From the NCBI GenBank assembly GCA_034434815.1, contig DAOTYO010000053.1:201-64200 (forward strand): a stretch of DNA of 64,000 nucleotides, written 5' to 3'. The notes under the pieces were generated by a model. It saw only the letters and a program-made list of their open reading frames with translations, was not told the origin of the DNA and searched no databases. This DNA comes from Dehalococcoidia bacterium. GTDB taxonomy: Bacteria; Chloroflexota; Dehalococcoidia; SZUA-161; SpSt-899. Below are positions 1-10,578 of the stretch, one piece after another. Both the position numbers and the translations under genes were made by a program. Every line of letters begins with the position of its first letter. The stretch's first letter is position 1.

Positions 1-179
1 TCTTCTGGTCGAGTCCTGCGGAATCGGCCGGTGCCGGGCAGGACGTGATCCCTTTAGACGTTCCCCCACTGGATTTGTTCGATGCTCCTCCGGGCGCAAG
101 CAGATCGTCTATAATTATGGAAGCTGTGGTCCGGCCGGGGAACAGCCGACCCTCGGGATGAGCGGCGAAAGGAAAGCCG

Positions 180-2885
<2,706 letters not shown>

Positions 2886-2915
2886 GCGGAACCCCTCGGA
2901 TGGGCTTGTTGCGGT

Positions 2916-4229
2916 TTACCCGAGAGCCTCGATGATCTCTTTGGCCACGATGCGTCCGCTCTGGGCCGCCCCCGCCCCCACGATCCACCCCGGGGGTTTC
3001 ACCCCATCCCCCACGTTATACAGGTTTTCGATCGGGGTGCGGTGACTCATATCTTGCCCCTGACGGGCGCGGGTGCACGGCCATTCCCCGCAGAAGTTTC
3101 TCCGAAGAAGGAGCTTGCCGCCGGCGCCCTCGAAATCCGGGAAGACCGTGTGCAGGTCTTGCAGTAGGATTCGATACTCCCGGACGGGATCGTAGGAATC
3201 GATGTTTTCCGGCACGGCGAATGCGTGCAAGAGATGCTTTCCCGCCGGCGCGTGTTCCGGCCACATGAGGGTGGGCACGCTCCAACCTTCCTTGCGGATC
3301 GTATCGGTCGTGTAAAGGGTTCCGGGGAAATCCAGAAGCGGCCGATCGGTGATGAAGAGATAGTCCATCCCCACCGCCGGGCGCATCTCGGCGGCTTGCC
3401 GCAAATACGCTTCCCCGAAGTGTTCTCTCCCCGCAAGCTCCACGGTCTTTTTCGGGCCGATGTTGCTCACCACCATCCGCGCTTCGATCGTGATCGCCTC
3501 GCTTCCGCGGAGGGCGGTGACCCCGCGGGCGATCCCCTTTTCCACCATGATGCCGGTGGCTTTGGTCCGGGTGAGGATTTCGCCCCCGCCGGCGCGAACG
3601 GCCGCTCCGAGGGCATCGATGATATCCTTGAGGCCGTTGCGGGGAATGCGGAAGGTATCGCGTCCCCGGAAGGAAAGGAGGGCCCGGATGAATTCCCGGG
3701 CCGGAAGGTCGTGCGCGTTCATCCCGCACCATGTGGCGATCTGGGCCTGAAAGATGCCGTGGATCGCCTCGTTTCGGGTGGAACGAAGGAGCCAATCGCG
3801 AAAGGAGATAGACTCGGTGGGGGGGTGTGCCATCGCCTGAGCGAGGGCCCCCATCACCCGGTTTGCCTCTTCCGGATCGCCGGCGGCTTTTTCCATAAGA
3901 TACCTTAGAGCTCCTTTCGGGGGCCAATCGTAGATCCGGCCGTTGATCCGGTACCGGGCGACGGGCGTGCCGGGAGCGCGCATCTCGATGGGCGGGGCGC
4001 CGATCTCTTCGAGCGTGAGATAGACGGGATCGCTCGTGCCGTAAAGGAGCATCCATGAGGCGGTGGGGATGGTGAATCCTTTATATTGGACCGACGTGTA
4101 TCGTCCCCCGGGCAAAGGGGATTTCTCCAAAACGAGCACTTTTCGTCCCGCGCGGGAGAGAAGCGCACCCGCGCACATCCCCCCGATCCCCGCCCCGATG
4201 ATCGCCACGTCCGCCCGAAGTGTGCTCAT
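2916..4229 (-). CDS. FAD/NAD(P)-dependent oxidoreductase (phytoene desaturase / amine oxidase-like fold)
   Basis: 437 aa; N-terminal dinucleotide-binding motif VAIIGAGIGGMCAG..LVLEK; start overlaps upstream ferredoxin stop (ATGA). Confidence 0.8.
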   Translation of the reverse strand: MSTLRADVAIIGAGIGGMCAGALLSRAGRKVLVLEKSPLPGGRYTSVQYKGFTIPTASWMLLYGTSDPVYLTLEEIGAPPIEMRAPGTPVARYRINGRIYDWPPKGALRYLMEKAAGDPEEANRVMGALAQAMAHPPTESISFRDWLLRSTRNEAIHGIFQAQIATWCGMNAHDLPAREFIRALLSFRGRDTFRIPRNGLKDIIDALGAAVRAGGGEILTRTKATGIMVEKGIARGVTALRGSEAITIEARMVVSNIGPKKTVELAGREHFGEAYLRQAAEMRPAVGMDYLFITDRPLLDFPGTLYTTDTIRKEGWSVPTLMWPEHAPAGKHLLHAFAVPENIDSYDPVREYRILLQDLHTVFPDFEGAGGKLLLRRNFCGEWPCTRARQGQDMSHRTPIENLYNVGDGVKPPGWIVGAGAAQSGRIVAKEIIEALG

Positions 4230-4402
4230 CGTTCCTCCAGAGCATCATGGGAACACGTGTTCATGCATTCGAGGCATTCGGTGCACCGGCAAGGATCGAT
4301 GGCCGCCGTGAAGCTTTCGGAGATCTCGATGGCCTCGGCGGGGCAGATCAGCGCACAAGCGCCGCAGCCGATGCATCGGTTTCGGTCAACGATGATGGCC
4401 AT
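4226..4402 (-). CDS. 4Fe-4S dicluster ferredoxin (58 aa), not in the supplied ORF track (<60 aa)
   Basis: Hand translation MAIIVDRNRCIGCGACALICPAEAIEIS...CRCTECLECMNTCSHDALEER; two Cys clusters (CxxCxxCxxxCP and C-rich second motif); stop overlaps ATG of the downstream oxidoreductase (ATGA). Confidence 0.7.
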   Translation of the reverse strand: MAIIVDRNRCIGCGACALICPAEAIEISESFTAAIDPCRCTECLECMNTCSHDALEER

Positions 4403-4534
4403 GGTTTTCCCCTAGCATATCAGACGATTTGCCCAGTGCGTATCCCCCGGTTGGGGGGTTCCGGGGGTAGGCCGGATCGCCCCGCCCGGGTGACTTCGCC
4501 CCCGCCCTCGAGTATAATTGGGCGGGGTACCGTC

Positions 4535-5206
4535 ATGGACGAGGACATGCAGTATTTGAAGGCCGCATCGGCGGTGGACTCCGATGCGGAGGCCGTTCGG
4601 TCCGCCGCGCGGCGCATCCCGGCGGGGGCGGAGGACTTGCGGGAGAAGGCGAAGGCGCTCTTCTACTTTGTTCGCGATGAGATCCGGTACAATCCCTATT
4701 CGTCGCTCTATCCGCTCACGGCCAGCGGGACGCTCCGGAGGGGGTACGGTTTCTGCGTTCAGAAGGCGGTGTTGCTTGCGGCCCTTGCGCGGGCGGTGGG
4801 CATTCCGGCGCGGCTCGGATTTGCGGATATCCGCAATCACCGCCTCGATCCCGTTTGGAAACGCATCTTCAAGGGGGATGTGATCGTGTTCCACGGGTTT
4901 GCCGAGCTCTTTCTCGATGGCCGGTGGGTGAAGGCGACGCCGGCCTTCGATCTCCGGATGTGCCGGGAGAACGGATTTCTTACGGTGGAATTCGACGGTG
5001 TGCATCATGCCATGTTCCATCCCCGGGATGAGAGGGGTCGGCCGCACATCGAGTATCTTCGCGATCACGGACGCTTTGCGGATGTGCCCATCGAAGCCAT
5101 GCTCGGGGCGGTGACCGCCGCTTACGGGCCGGAGTTTCTCGAATGTTGGGAGACGGGGGTTTGGGACCGATACCTTCAAGACTCGAGCGATGCAGAGGAG
5201 GGGTGA
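4535..5206 (+). CDS. transglutaminase-like domain protein
   Basis: Internal Met start MDEDMQYL chosen (the upstream part of ORF 4220-5206 overlaps the ferredoxin gene); core GYGFCVQKAV with downstream His/Asp typical of the transglutaminase-like cysteine-protease fold. Confidence 0.7.
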   Translation: MDEDMQYLKAASAVDSDAEAVRSAARRIPAGAEDLREKAKALFYFVRDEIRYNPYSSLYPLTASGTLRRGYGFCVQKAVLLAALARAVGIPARLGFADIRNHRLDPVWKRIFKGDVIVFHGFAELFLDGRWVKATPAFDLRMCRENGFLTVEFDGVHHAMFHPRDERGRPHIEYLRDHGRFADVPIEAMLGAVTAAYGPEFLECWETGVWDRYLQDSSDAEEG

Positions 5207-5209
5207 TCG

Positions 5210-5785
5210 ATGGCCCGAATTCGGTTGCTTTCGAATGAGGAGGCGCCGGCGGAGAGCCGGGAGCTTTTTGAGAAGATCGAGGGGCGGGGCGCGCGGGTGC
5301 TGAATCTCTACCGGGCCGTCGGGCATTCGCCTTCGGCGGCCGGCGCTTTCATCCGGCTCGGGAATGCCCTTTTGAATCGGTCCGAGCTTTCCCCGCGGTT
5401 GCGAGAGCTGGCGATCCTGCGGGTTGCGACTCTGACGGAAAGCGCGTACGAGTGGACTCAGCATGTTCCCATCGCGATTGAAGTGGGGCTGAGCGAAGAA
5501 CAGATGAAGGAGATCCGGCACTGGCAAAGCTCTCCCCGCTTCGATGCTCTGGAGCGGGCCGTTCTCCGATACACGGATGAGGTGGCCCGGGAGGTGAGGG
5601 TTTCCGATGAGACGTTCGCCGCGCTCCGGCGGCATCTGAGCGAGCGGAGCGTCGTGGAGTTGACGCTCTCGATCGGGTACTGGGGAATGGTGGCCCGGAT
5701 GCTCGTGCCTCTGGAGATCGAGATCGAAGATCGTTCCGTGGGTTCCTCCGGGGATTTGCTCGGCAAACGAAAAGGCGGGGAGTGA
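5210..5785 (+). CDS. carboxymuconolactone decarboxylase family protein (AhpD-like)
   Basis: 191 aa; tandem CMD-like helical repeats (HSPSAAGAFIRLGNAL...; ESAYEWTQHVPIAIEVG); starts 4 nt after upstream gene. Confidence 0.8.
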   Translation: MARIRLLSNEEAPAESRELFEKIEGRGARVLNLYRAVGHSPSAAGAFIRLGNALLNRSELSPRLRELAILRVATLTESAYEWTQHVPIAIEVGLSEEQMKEIRHWQSSPRFDALERAVLRYTDEVAREVRVSDETFAALRRHLSERSVVELTLSIGYWGMVARMLVPLEIEIEDRSVGSSGDLLGKRKGGE

Positions 5786-5800
5786 TTCCCCGCCTTTTTT
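5771..5800. terminator. rho-independent terminator, probably bidirectional
   Basis: GGCGGGGA-gtgat-TCCCCGCC stem-loop followed by TTTTTT; A-run on the other side; lies between convergent genes 5210-5785(+) and 5819-6052(-). Confidence 0.65.
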
Positions 5801-5818
5801 GCGTAATGGGGTTTTCTT

Positions 5819-6052
5819 TCAGCCTTTCTTGCGCGAGGATCGTTTTGCCTCCTCCGGCGGGGGGGCGGCCCGCCGATCCTTGAGGATGGCTTCGAGTTCG
5901 ATTAATAGTTCGGTTGAGGTGTAGTCGCGCGGATCAAACCGGGCGATCGTCTGGCCTTTGTTGAGCAGCACTACATACCAGTTCTCGTCGAGCACGAGAT
6001 CGAATCCGGATTTCTCGTCTTCGGGCGATAGCATTCCCCAGACCTTCATCAT
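5819..6052 (-). CDS. hypothetical small protein (77 aa)
   Basis: ORF only; no recognisable motif; position between a terminator and an intergenic region. Confidence 0.35.
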   Translation of the reverse strand: MMKVWGMLSPEDEKSGFDLVLDENWYVVLLNKGQTIARFDPRDYTSTELLIELEAILKDRRAAPPPEEAKRSSRKKG

Positions 6053-6248
6053 AGCTCAGCTACACTCCGCTCCGATTTCTCACTGTTTGAATCCGCAGAA
6101 GATGCGGTTGAATACTTCAATGATAGTAGGTTATGAAGGGGAGGGACAGTGGGGCAGCCCCCATTGTGAGTATGTTCTATCCCGCGTTTTGGGCGGGGGA
6201 TTCCCCCAAATGAAGGCCGCCCCCCGCCCTCTCGGCCGGTTTTCCCCC

Positions 6249-6656
6249 TCATTTCACACCTTTCTTGTTCAAGAATGAGCCGTATTTCTTGTCGCTCCCT
6301 TTGATGTGCTTCTGAAGCCAATCGCTGAGGAATGCCATCACTTCTACGGAAAGGGCGGCCCTCCCTGCATCGAAGGCGCTCTTGAACTGAGAAACTTTAG
6401 CGGTAAAGGCGGCGTGCTCCCGTTTGTGGGGCGCATTTTCGGGATAGCCGAATTTCTCGAAATACTTTTCCTCTGTTTGGAAATGCGTTTGGGTGTATTC
6501 GATGAGCCCCTGCACGGTTTTCCCCAGAATCTCCTTGCCCTTTCCCATCCTCATTGCCTCATTGAGCTCGTTGATCATGCCGACGAGCTTCCGATGTTGG
6601 GCATCGATTTCAGCGATGTTCACCCGGAGGCTATCATCCCATTGGATCAAAGGCAT
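6249..6656 (-). CDS. hemerythrin-like metal-binding protein (bacteriohemerythrin)
   Basis: 135 aa; N-terminal WDDSLRVNIAEIDAQHRKL and His/Glu ligand spacing (H..H..E...H...H...D) characteristic of hemerythrin. Confidence 0.85.
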   Translation of the reverse strand: MPLIQWDDSLRVNIAEIDAQHRKLVGMINELNEAMRMGKGKEILGKTVQGLIEYTQTHFQTEEKYFEKFGYPENAPHKREHAAFTAKVSQFKSAFDAGRAALSVEVMAFLSDWLQKHIKGSDKKYGSFLNKKGVK

Positions 6657-6704
6657 TTCTTTCCTCCTGACTTCCGTCGGTTCTTTGCCCCCTTGATTGG
6701 ACCC

Positions 6705-6912
6705 CGAAACCGCGATTCCGCTTTGGAGCCTTCACCCTCATGGTGAAGGGCCTCGATCATCTCGTTCCGGACCTAGTCCCGGAATTCCCCCACACCCCAT
6801 GAACGATCCGGCTTCTCCGATCCCATCCGCCCAAAGGTTTTTGGGGGGACACCCCCCAATCCCCCCCGAGAGAAGTGTCTTGGGCACGCTTTTCTTCAAT
6901 CGCTCCTTTTGG
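6705..6912 (+). repeat. copy A of a ~205-bp repeat family (3 copies in the window)
   Basis: Shares TTGGAGCCTTCACCCTCAtgGTGAAGG hairpin, conserved CACCCCATGAACGATCCGGCTTCTCCGATCCCA core and TTCTTCAATCGCTCTTTTGG end with 24655-24864 and (reverse complement) 49903-50118. Confidence 0.75.
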
Positions 6913-6936
6913 CTTCGGGCGATCGGGTTTACGATC

Positions 6937-6955
6937 TTGACAAGTGTGCTATAAT
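6937..6955 (+). promoter_or_regulatory. candidate sigma70 promoter with extended -10 (TGcTATAAT)
   Basis: TTGACA at 6937-6942 is too close (7 bp) to be a -35, but TGCTATAAT at 6947-6955 fits an extended -10; lies ~10 bp upstream of ATG 6964. Confidence 0.3.
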
Positions 6956-6963
6956 ACTCCAAA

Positions 6964-7523
6964 TGAAAATGGAAGGATCGAATCCGAACGAAAGCGGGGG
7001 GGCAAACCCTGTATCCCCTATGAAGGCGGAATCTCCACAGGAGCGGTTGGAACGGGTGGAGGCGGCGCTGGGGTTGGTTCTAGAGCACATGAAGACCTCC
7101 ATCAAGGGCTCTGAGGTGCTCGAGGCGGAGCATACCCGCACCATCCTCTCTTCCATTGCCCTTGGCCTTTCCTCCGTTTCGCTCCTTGCCCTCTGGAGCA
7201 TTGCACTGGCCCGCGAGGATATTGAACTCAACCTCATGCGCTTCACCGTCGGTATGGCATTGCTTCTGCTCGCCGCTGTAACGGATCTGGCTTCCGCGCC
7301 GCTCTTGCGCCGGGCCGTCAACCGGGCCATCCTCGAGAAGGATCCCTCTCGATTGGTTCTCTCCCGTCATTCTTGGAGATCGTGGTTCGATCGTGATTTC
7401 TGGGTTCGGAGCAGACAGGAATCGCGTGATTTCTATCACCATCAACTGGCCCGCTTTGCCGCTCTGATCGTCTATATCGTAGCCGGTGTGTTCCTGATCT
7501 GGGCGGTGTTCACCCTCGAATAG
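6964..7523 (+). CDS. hypothetical membrane protein
   Basis: Several hydrophobic segments (ILSSIALGLSSVSLLALWSIALA; FAALIVYIVAGVFLIWAVF); start ambiguous (6909/6964/6970), 6964 chosen as it follows the candidate promoter. Confidence 0.5.
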
Positions 7524-7683
7524 CCGCCTCTTTTCCTCTGGATTCCCCCTCGTCCTTTCTCCCCGCTGTTTTTACGGACCCTTCACCGATTTCTAACCCT
7601 TTGTTGACCGCTGTTAACCGACCCGAGACCGTTCGTTCACCGGGCCCTTTACCCCGCGATGCTAGCCTAAAACCAAGAGGTCA

Positions 7684-8007
7684 ATGATGGTTTCGGCAAG
7701 CATCACCCTGAGCATTGTGGCCGTGATTGTCTCGTTCATTTTGAGCGTTCTGGGGGCCTTTCCGTTGAGCGATGGCACGACCGTTGGAGATGCCCTGCCG
7801 AACGCGGATGATTCGTCCAAGGTTCAGTCGGCGGCCGATGGCCTTTTGCTCGGCTACACCGATATCATCAACGATATCGCCTCTTTCCAGAAGGATCCGG
7901 ATCTGGCCCGGGCCGAAGCCCGCAAGGAAGCGATGTTCCGCTATGCCCGTGAGCTTCTCGGGCAGTATGAAGGGTTCAGCGGCACCCTCAGCGCAACGCT
8001 GAAGTAG
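7684..8007 (+). CDS. hypothetical small membrane-anchored protein (107 aa)
   Basis: N-terminal TM helix ITLSIVAVIVSFILSVLGAF; AAGAGG 5 nt upstream of ATG. Confidence 0.45.
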   Translation: MMVSASITLSIVAVIVSFILSVLGAFPLSDGTTVGDALPNADDSSKVQSAADGLLLGYTDIINDIASFQKDPDLARAEARKEAMFRYARELLGQYEGFSGTLSATLK

Positions 8008-8055
8008 CTCGGGCTCTCTCACGGATCCGTGCATCCCCTTCACTCCTTTGAACGC

Positions 8056-9138
8056 CTATTGGTCCTCTATCTGCGTCAGGGGTTCGATATTCTCGAGGGG
8101 ATCTCCGCCCGCATCATTTTGAAGAGCATTCTCAAGCTCATCGGGGGTTTCCGGAGACTCCTCGGAATCGCTTTCGGGGGACTCCTCGGTCACCGGCCAC
8201 CAACCCCACCAACTGGGGGTTCCGCACTTGCTGCAGACCACGCGGCTGGCAACGAAGCCCTGTGAGCCGCACGAATCGCATCGGAAGGCTTTCTTGATCC
8301 CGTAGCCGAGCGTCATCTGAAGGTTCGATGAGATAACTTCCAATCGTTTGCCGATTTCCTCGGCCTCGCCGGCGGCCTTGCGCGAATTGGTAAGAGCGCG
8401 GCGCACGTCATCGGGGAGGGAGCGCACCGTATCGGCCATATCGGCGACGGCTTTCTCCAGCGCTTTGATCCGGCCGCGCGTTTCCTCGTCCGGTCCACCG
8501 GCCGCCGGGGCGTTCGCCGGAGCCCCGACCGACCCCTTGACCTCTTGAATCTGGGAACCCATCTCGTTGAGCCGGCTTTCGAGCCCGTCAATGGTGCTCC
8601 GCAGCGAGCCGAGGATATCCTTGAAATCCTGAGAAACGATCTCGGTGGCCTCCGCCACCTTGGCCACCTCGGTTTCGAGATGGGCGATCTTCTCGATGGC
8701 TGTCTCCGCCTGTGATAGGCGGCCGGTCAGGTTGCTGATGGCATCTTCGAGCGCGGTGAGCGCCTCCGCCTTGCTCTTGCGGGGCGGGGGCTCCGCCGTG
8801 TTTTCCGCCCGGGCCGGAGGTGGTTCGCTCTGCTCCGCTGTGGCCCGCGAAGGTATCGGCCCGGGGCTTCCGCGCCTCGGGAATCTGAACGGGAAGAACC
8901 GCCACAGGCCCCGTTTTCTTCGCACCGGGGCTGCGGCGGCCTTGGGTTCCCTCGAAGGAACGGCCGGATCGGTTTCATGATTCATAGAGGGCTCCTTACG
9001 CTCTTGCTTTGGCCGGGGCCCATGGAACGGCCAGAGCTTTCCCGCGAGCCTTCGCACGGTGGGGTTGGAGTCGTACACCACCAGCAAGAGCAGGATCATG
9101 ACAAAGAAGAGTGCTCCGGAAATCATTACGGTTTGCAT
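8056..9138 (-). CDS. coiled-coil protein with C-terminal zinc ribbon and WWGWWP motif, paralog 1 (N-terminal TM segment if the 9138 start is used)
   Basis: Pro-rich region, heptad-like coiled coil, then FRCDSCGSQGFVASRVVCSKCGTPSWWGWWP (C-x2-C-x13-C-x2-C-x4-WWGWWP) and an acidic tail; an internal Met at 8985 has an AAGGAG RBS and is an alternative start. Confidence 0.6.
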   Translation of the reverse strand: MQTVMISGALFFVMILLLLVVYDSNPTVRRLAGKLWPFHGPRPKQERKEPSMNHETDPAVPSREPKAAAAPVRRKRGLWRFFPFRFPRRGSPGPIPSRATAEQSEPPPARAENTAEPPPRKSKAEALTALEDAISNLTGRLSQAETAIEKIAHLETEVAKVAEATEIVSQDFKDILGSLRSTIDGLESRLNEMGSQIQEVKGSVGAPANAPAAGGPDEETRGRIKALEKAVADMADTVRSLPDDVRRALTNSRKAAGEAEEIGKRLEVISSNLQMTLGYGIKKAFRCDSCGSQGFVASRVVCSKCGTPSWWGWWPVTEESPESDSEESPETPDELENALQNDAGGDPLENIEPLTQIEDQ

Positions 9139-9193
9139 GGTTCATGCCCCCGGGTTCCCCTTCTGAGAGAAGATTCCGAACCCTTCGGGGAAT

Positions 9194-9679
9194 TCATGGT
9201 TCTATCAGTGCACCCTCCACTGCAAGTTCAAAGACGCGTGCCGGACGCTTGCAAAGCGGCATGATATCGAAGTTGATATAGCCCGCCGGTTCGAGCGTGA
9301 ATCCATCCGGAAACCGCGCGTCTTTCTCTTCCCAGAGAATATTGCCCTCCCGATCTTTCACCCGATAAATCAATGCCTCAAACGAAAGCCTTTTGGCCGA
9401 TGTGTTCCTCAGCCAGCCCTTGACCCATGCGATGGACCATGCCTCGCCGGTGGCCTGATCCCATCGCACCTCCAGTTCCGGAGGGCCATCGTATGCGAAT
9501 TCGTATTCCCCCACATTGGCCCCGGTGCCTTGGACAACGTCCATCGGGTCGGCCTGCGGGTGCGGACTGAGGAGATAGATCGCTCCCCCGACGGCCACTG
9601 CCAAAAGGCAGAGGCCGAAGGCCAGCGTCCTCCGTCTTTGCGCCCTCCGCTGTTTACGCTCCCCGATTGAATCGAACAT
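9194..9679 (-). CDS. hypothetical single-pass membrane protein
   Basis: 161 aa; basic N-terminus then TM helix LAFGLCLLAVAVGGAIYLL; sits between the two WWGWWP paralogs. Confidence 0.5.
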   Translation of the reverse strand: MFDSIGERKQRRAQRRRTLAFGLCLLAVAVGGAIYLLSPHPQADPMDVVQGTGANVGEYEFAYDGPPELEVRWDQATGEAWSIAWVKGWLRNTSAKRLSFEALIYRVKDREGNILWEEKDARFPDGFTLEPAGYINFDIMPLCKRPARVFELAVEGALIEP

Positions 9680-9762
9680 GATCTCATTGCCGTGCGGAGG
9701 CTTTGAACTGCCGACTCCTTCTTATGCATCTGTCCGACCGTGTCCTCCGCGAAGGGATGTTG

Positions 9763-10566
9763 CTACCATCCGCCCGTTTCGTGTTCGGCCGTTTCCCACC
9801 CCGCATACTCATCGCCCCCATCGAACTCATCCATCTCTTCTTCCGTCTCTTCCGGGGGCCACCAACCCCACCAATCCTCATGCCCGCAGGCGCTGCATTT
9901 GACAAGGCTCACGACGTATCCGTGGGCCCCGCACTGCTGGCACTCGAACGTATTCTGAATGTTGTACCCCATGGTGGAGCCCAGTTTCCGAACGATGCTC
10001 TTGCTTTGAGAGGTCGTCTTCTGGACCTGCCCGGATAGGGCCTGTATCTGTGAAGAAAGGGCCTGAACGGCGCTGGTCACCTTCGCCAGTTGTTGTTGCA
10101 TCTGGGCGATCTTCTGCAGCGAAGGATCCTTCTTTGCCTCCTGTTGGATCTGGCAGATGGTGATGACCGAGCCTTCGAGGGCTTCCACCCGCTTGACGAG
10201 ATCGGCGTCGGGGCCCTTGGAAGGAGATGCGCTTTTGACGGATCTCTCGATGGACTCCATCCTTCCCGCCAGGCTTTCCAATCGCTCGACGCGTTTTGAA
10301 AGGGCGGCGATCGCCTCTTCGAGGGATTTCAGCTCTTCCGCTGGAACGGCCGCCAGCGATGGGGCGGGTGCGGTGCTCACGACCGGGGCGGGTTCCTCTC
10401 TGGCTTTGGGCGGAGGCGTGCTGACTTTCTCCGGCTTGGGGGCCGGCTTTGGCTCAGGGGGCGGTGGCGGGGGTGGGGGCGGAGCAGCCGCCTTCGGCTT
10501 CTCCTGAGGCACATGCCCCGCCAGAAGCGCATCGATTGCGGCCTGTGATAATGTCTCTTCCGCCAT
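9763..10566 (-). CDS. putative CheY-P-binding output protein: FliM-like N-terminal peptide + Pro-rich linker + coiled coil + zinc ribbon + WWGWWP + acidic tail, paralog 2
   Basis: N-terminus MAEETLSQAAIDALLAG matches the LSQxEIDALL CheY-binding peptide of FliM/FliY; PPPPPPPPPEPKPAPKP linker; C-terminal FECQQCGAHGYVVSLVKCSACGHEDWWGWWP with spacing identical to paralog 1; GGAGAAGG RBS. Confidence 0.7.
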   Translation of the reverse strand: MAEETLSQAAIDALLAGHVPQEKPKAAAPPPPPPPPPEPKPAPKPEKVSTPPPKAREEPAPVVSTAPAPSLAAVPAEELKSLEEAIAALSKRVERLESLAGRMESIERSVKSASPSKGPDADLVKRVEALEGSVITICQIQQEAKKDPSLQKIAQMQQQLAKVTSAVQALSSQIQALSGQVQKTTSQSKSIVRKLGSTMGYNIQNTFECQQCGAHGYVVSLVKCSACGHEDWWGWWPPEETEEEMDEFDGGDEYAGWETAEHETGGW

Positions 10567-10578
10567 AGGCCTTCTCCG

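Noticed and set aside
86-115. Candidate sigma70 promoter upstream of the P-type ATPase (TTGTTC ... TATAAT at ~110)
   Set aside because: Spacing between the -35-like and -10-like hexamers is ~29 bp, far from the 16-18 bp optimum; TATAAT alone is insufficient evidence.
3016-4056. 346-aa minus-strand ORF (Arg/Pro/His-rich) inside the FAD-oxidoreductase gene, and 4412-5635 minus-strand 407-aa ORF
   Set aside because: Alternative-frame or antisense overlaps of well-supported genes; compositionally biased (R, P, G, H), no domain signatures.
6060-6248. GGGGGATTCCCCC dyad and GGCCG...CGGCC dyad downstream of the hemerythrin gene as terminators
   Set aside because: Stems are short or imperfect and not followed by a U-tract on the relevant strand; not reported as features.
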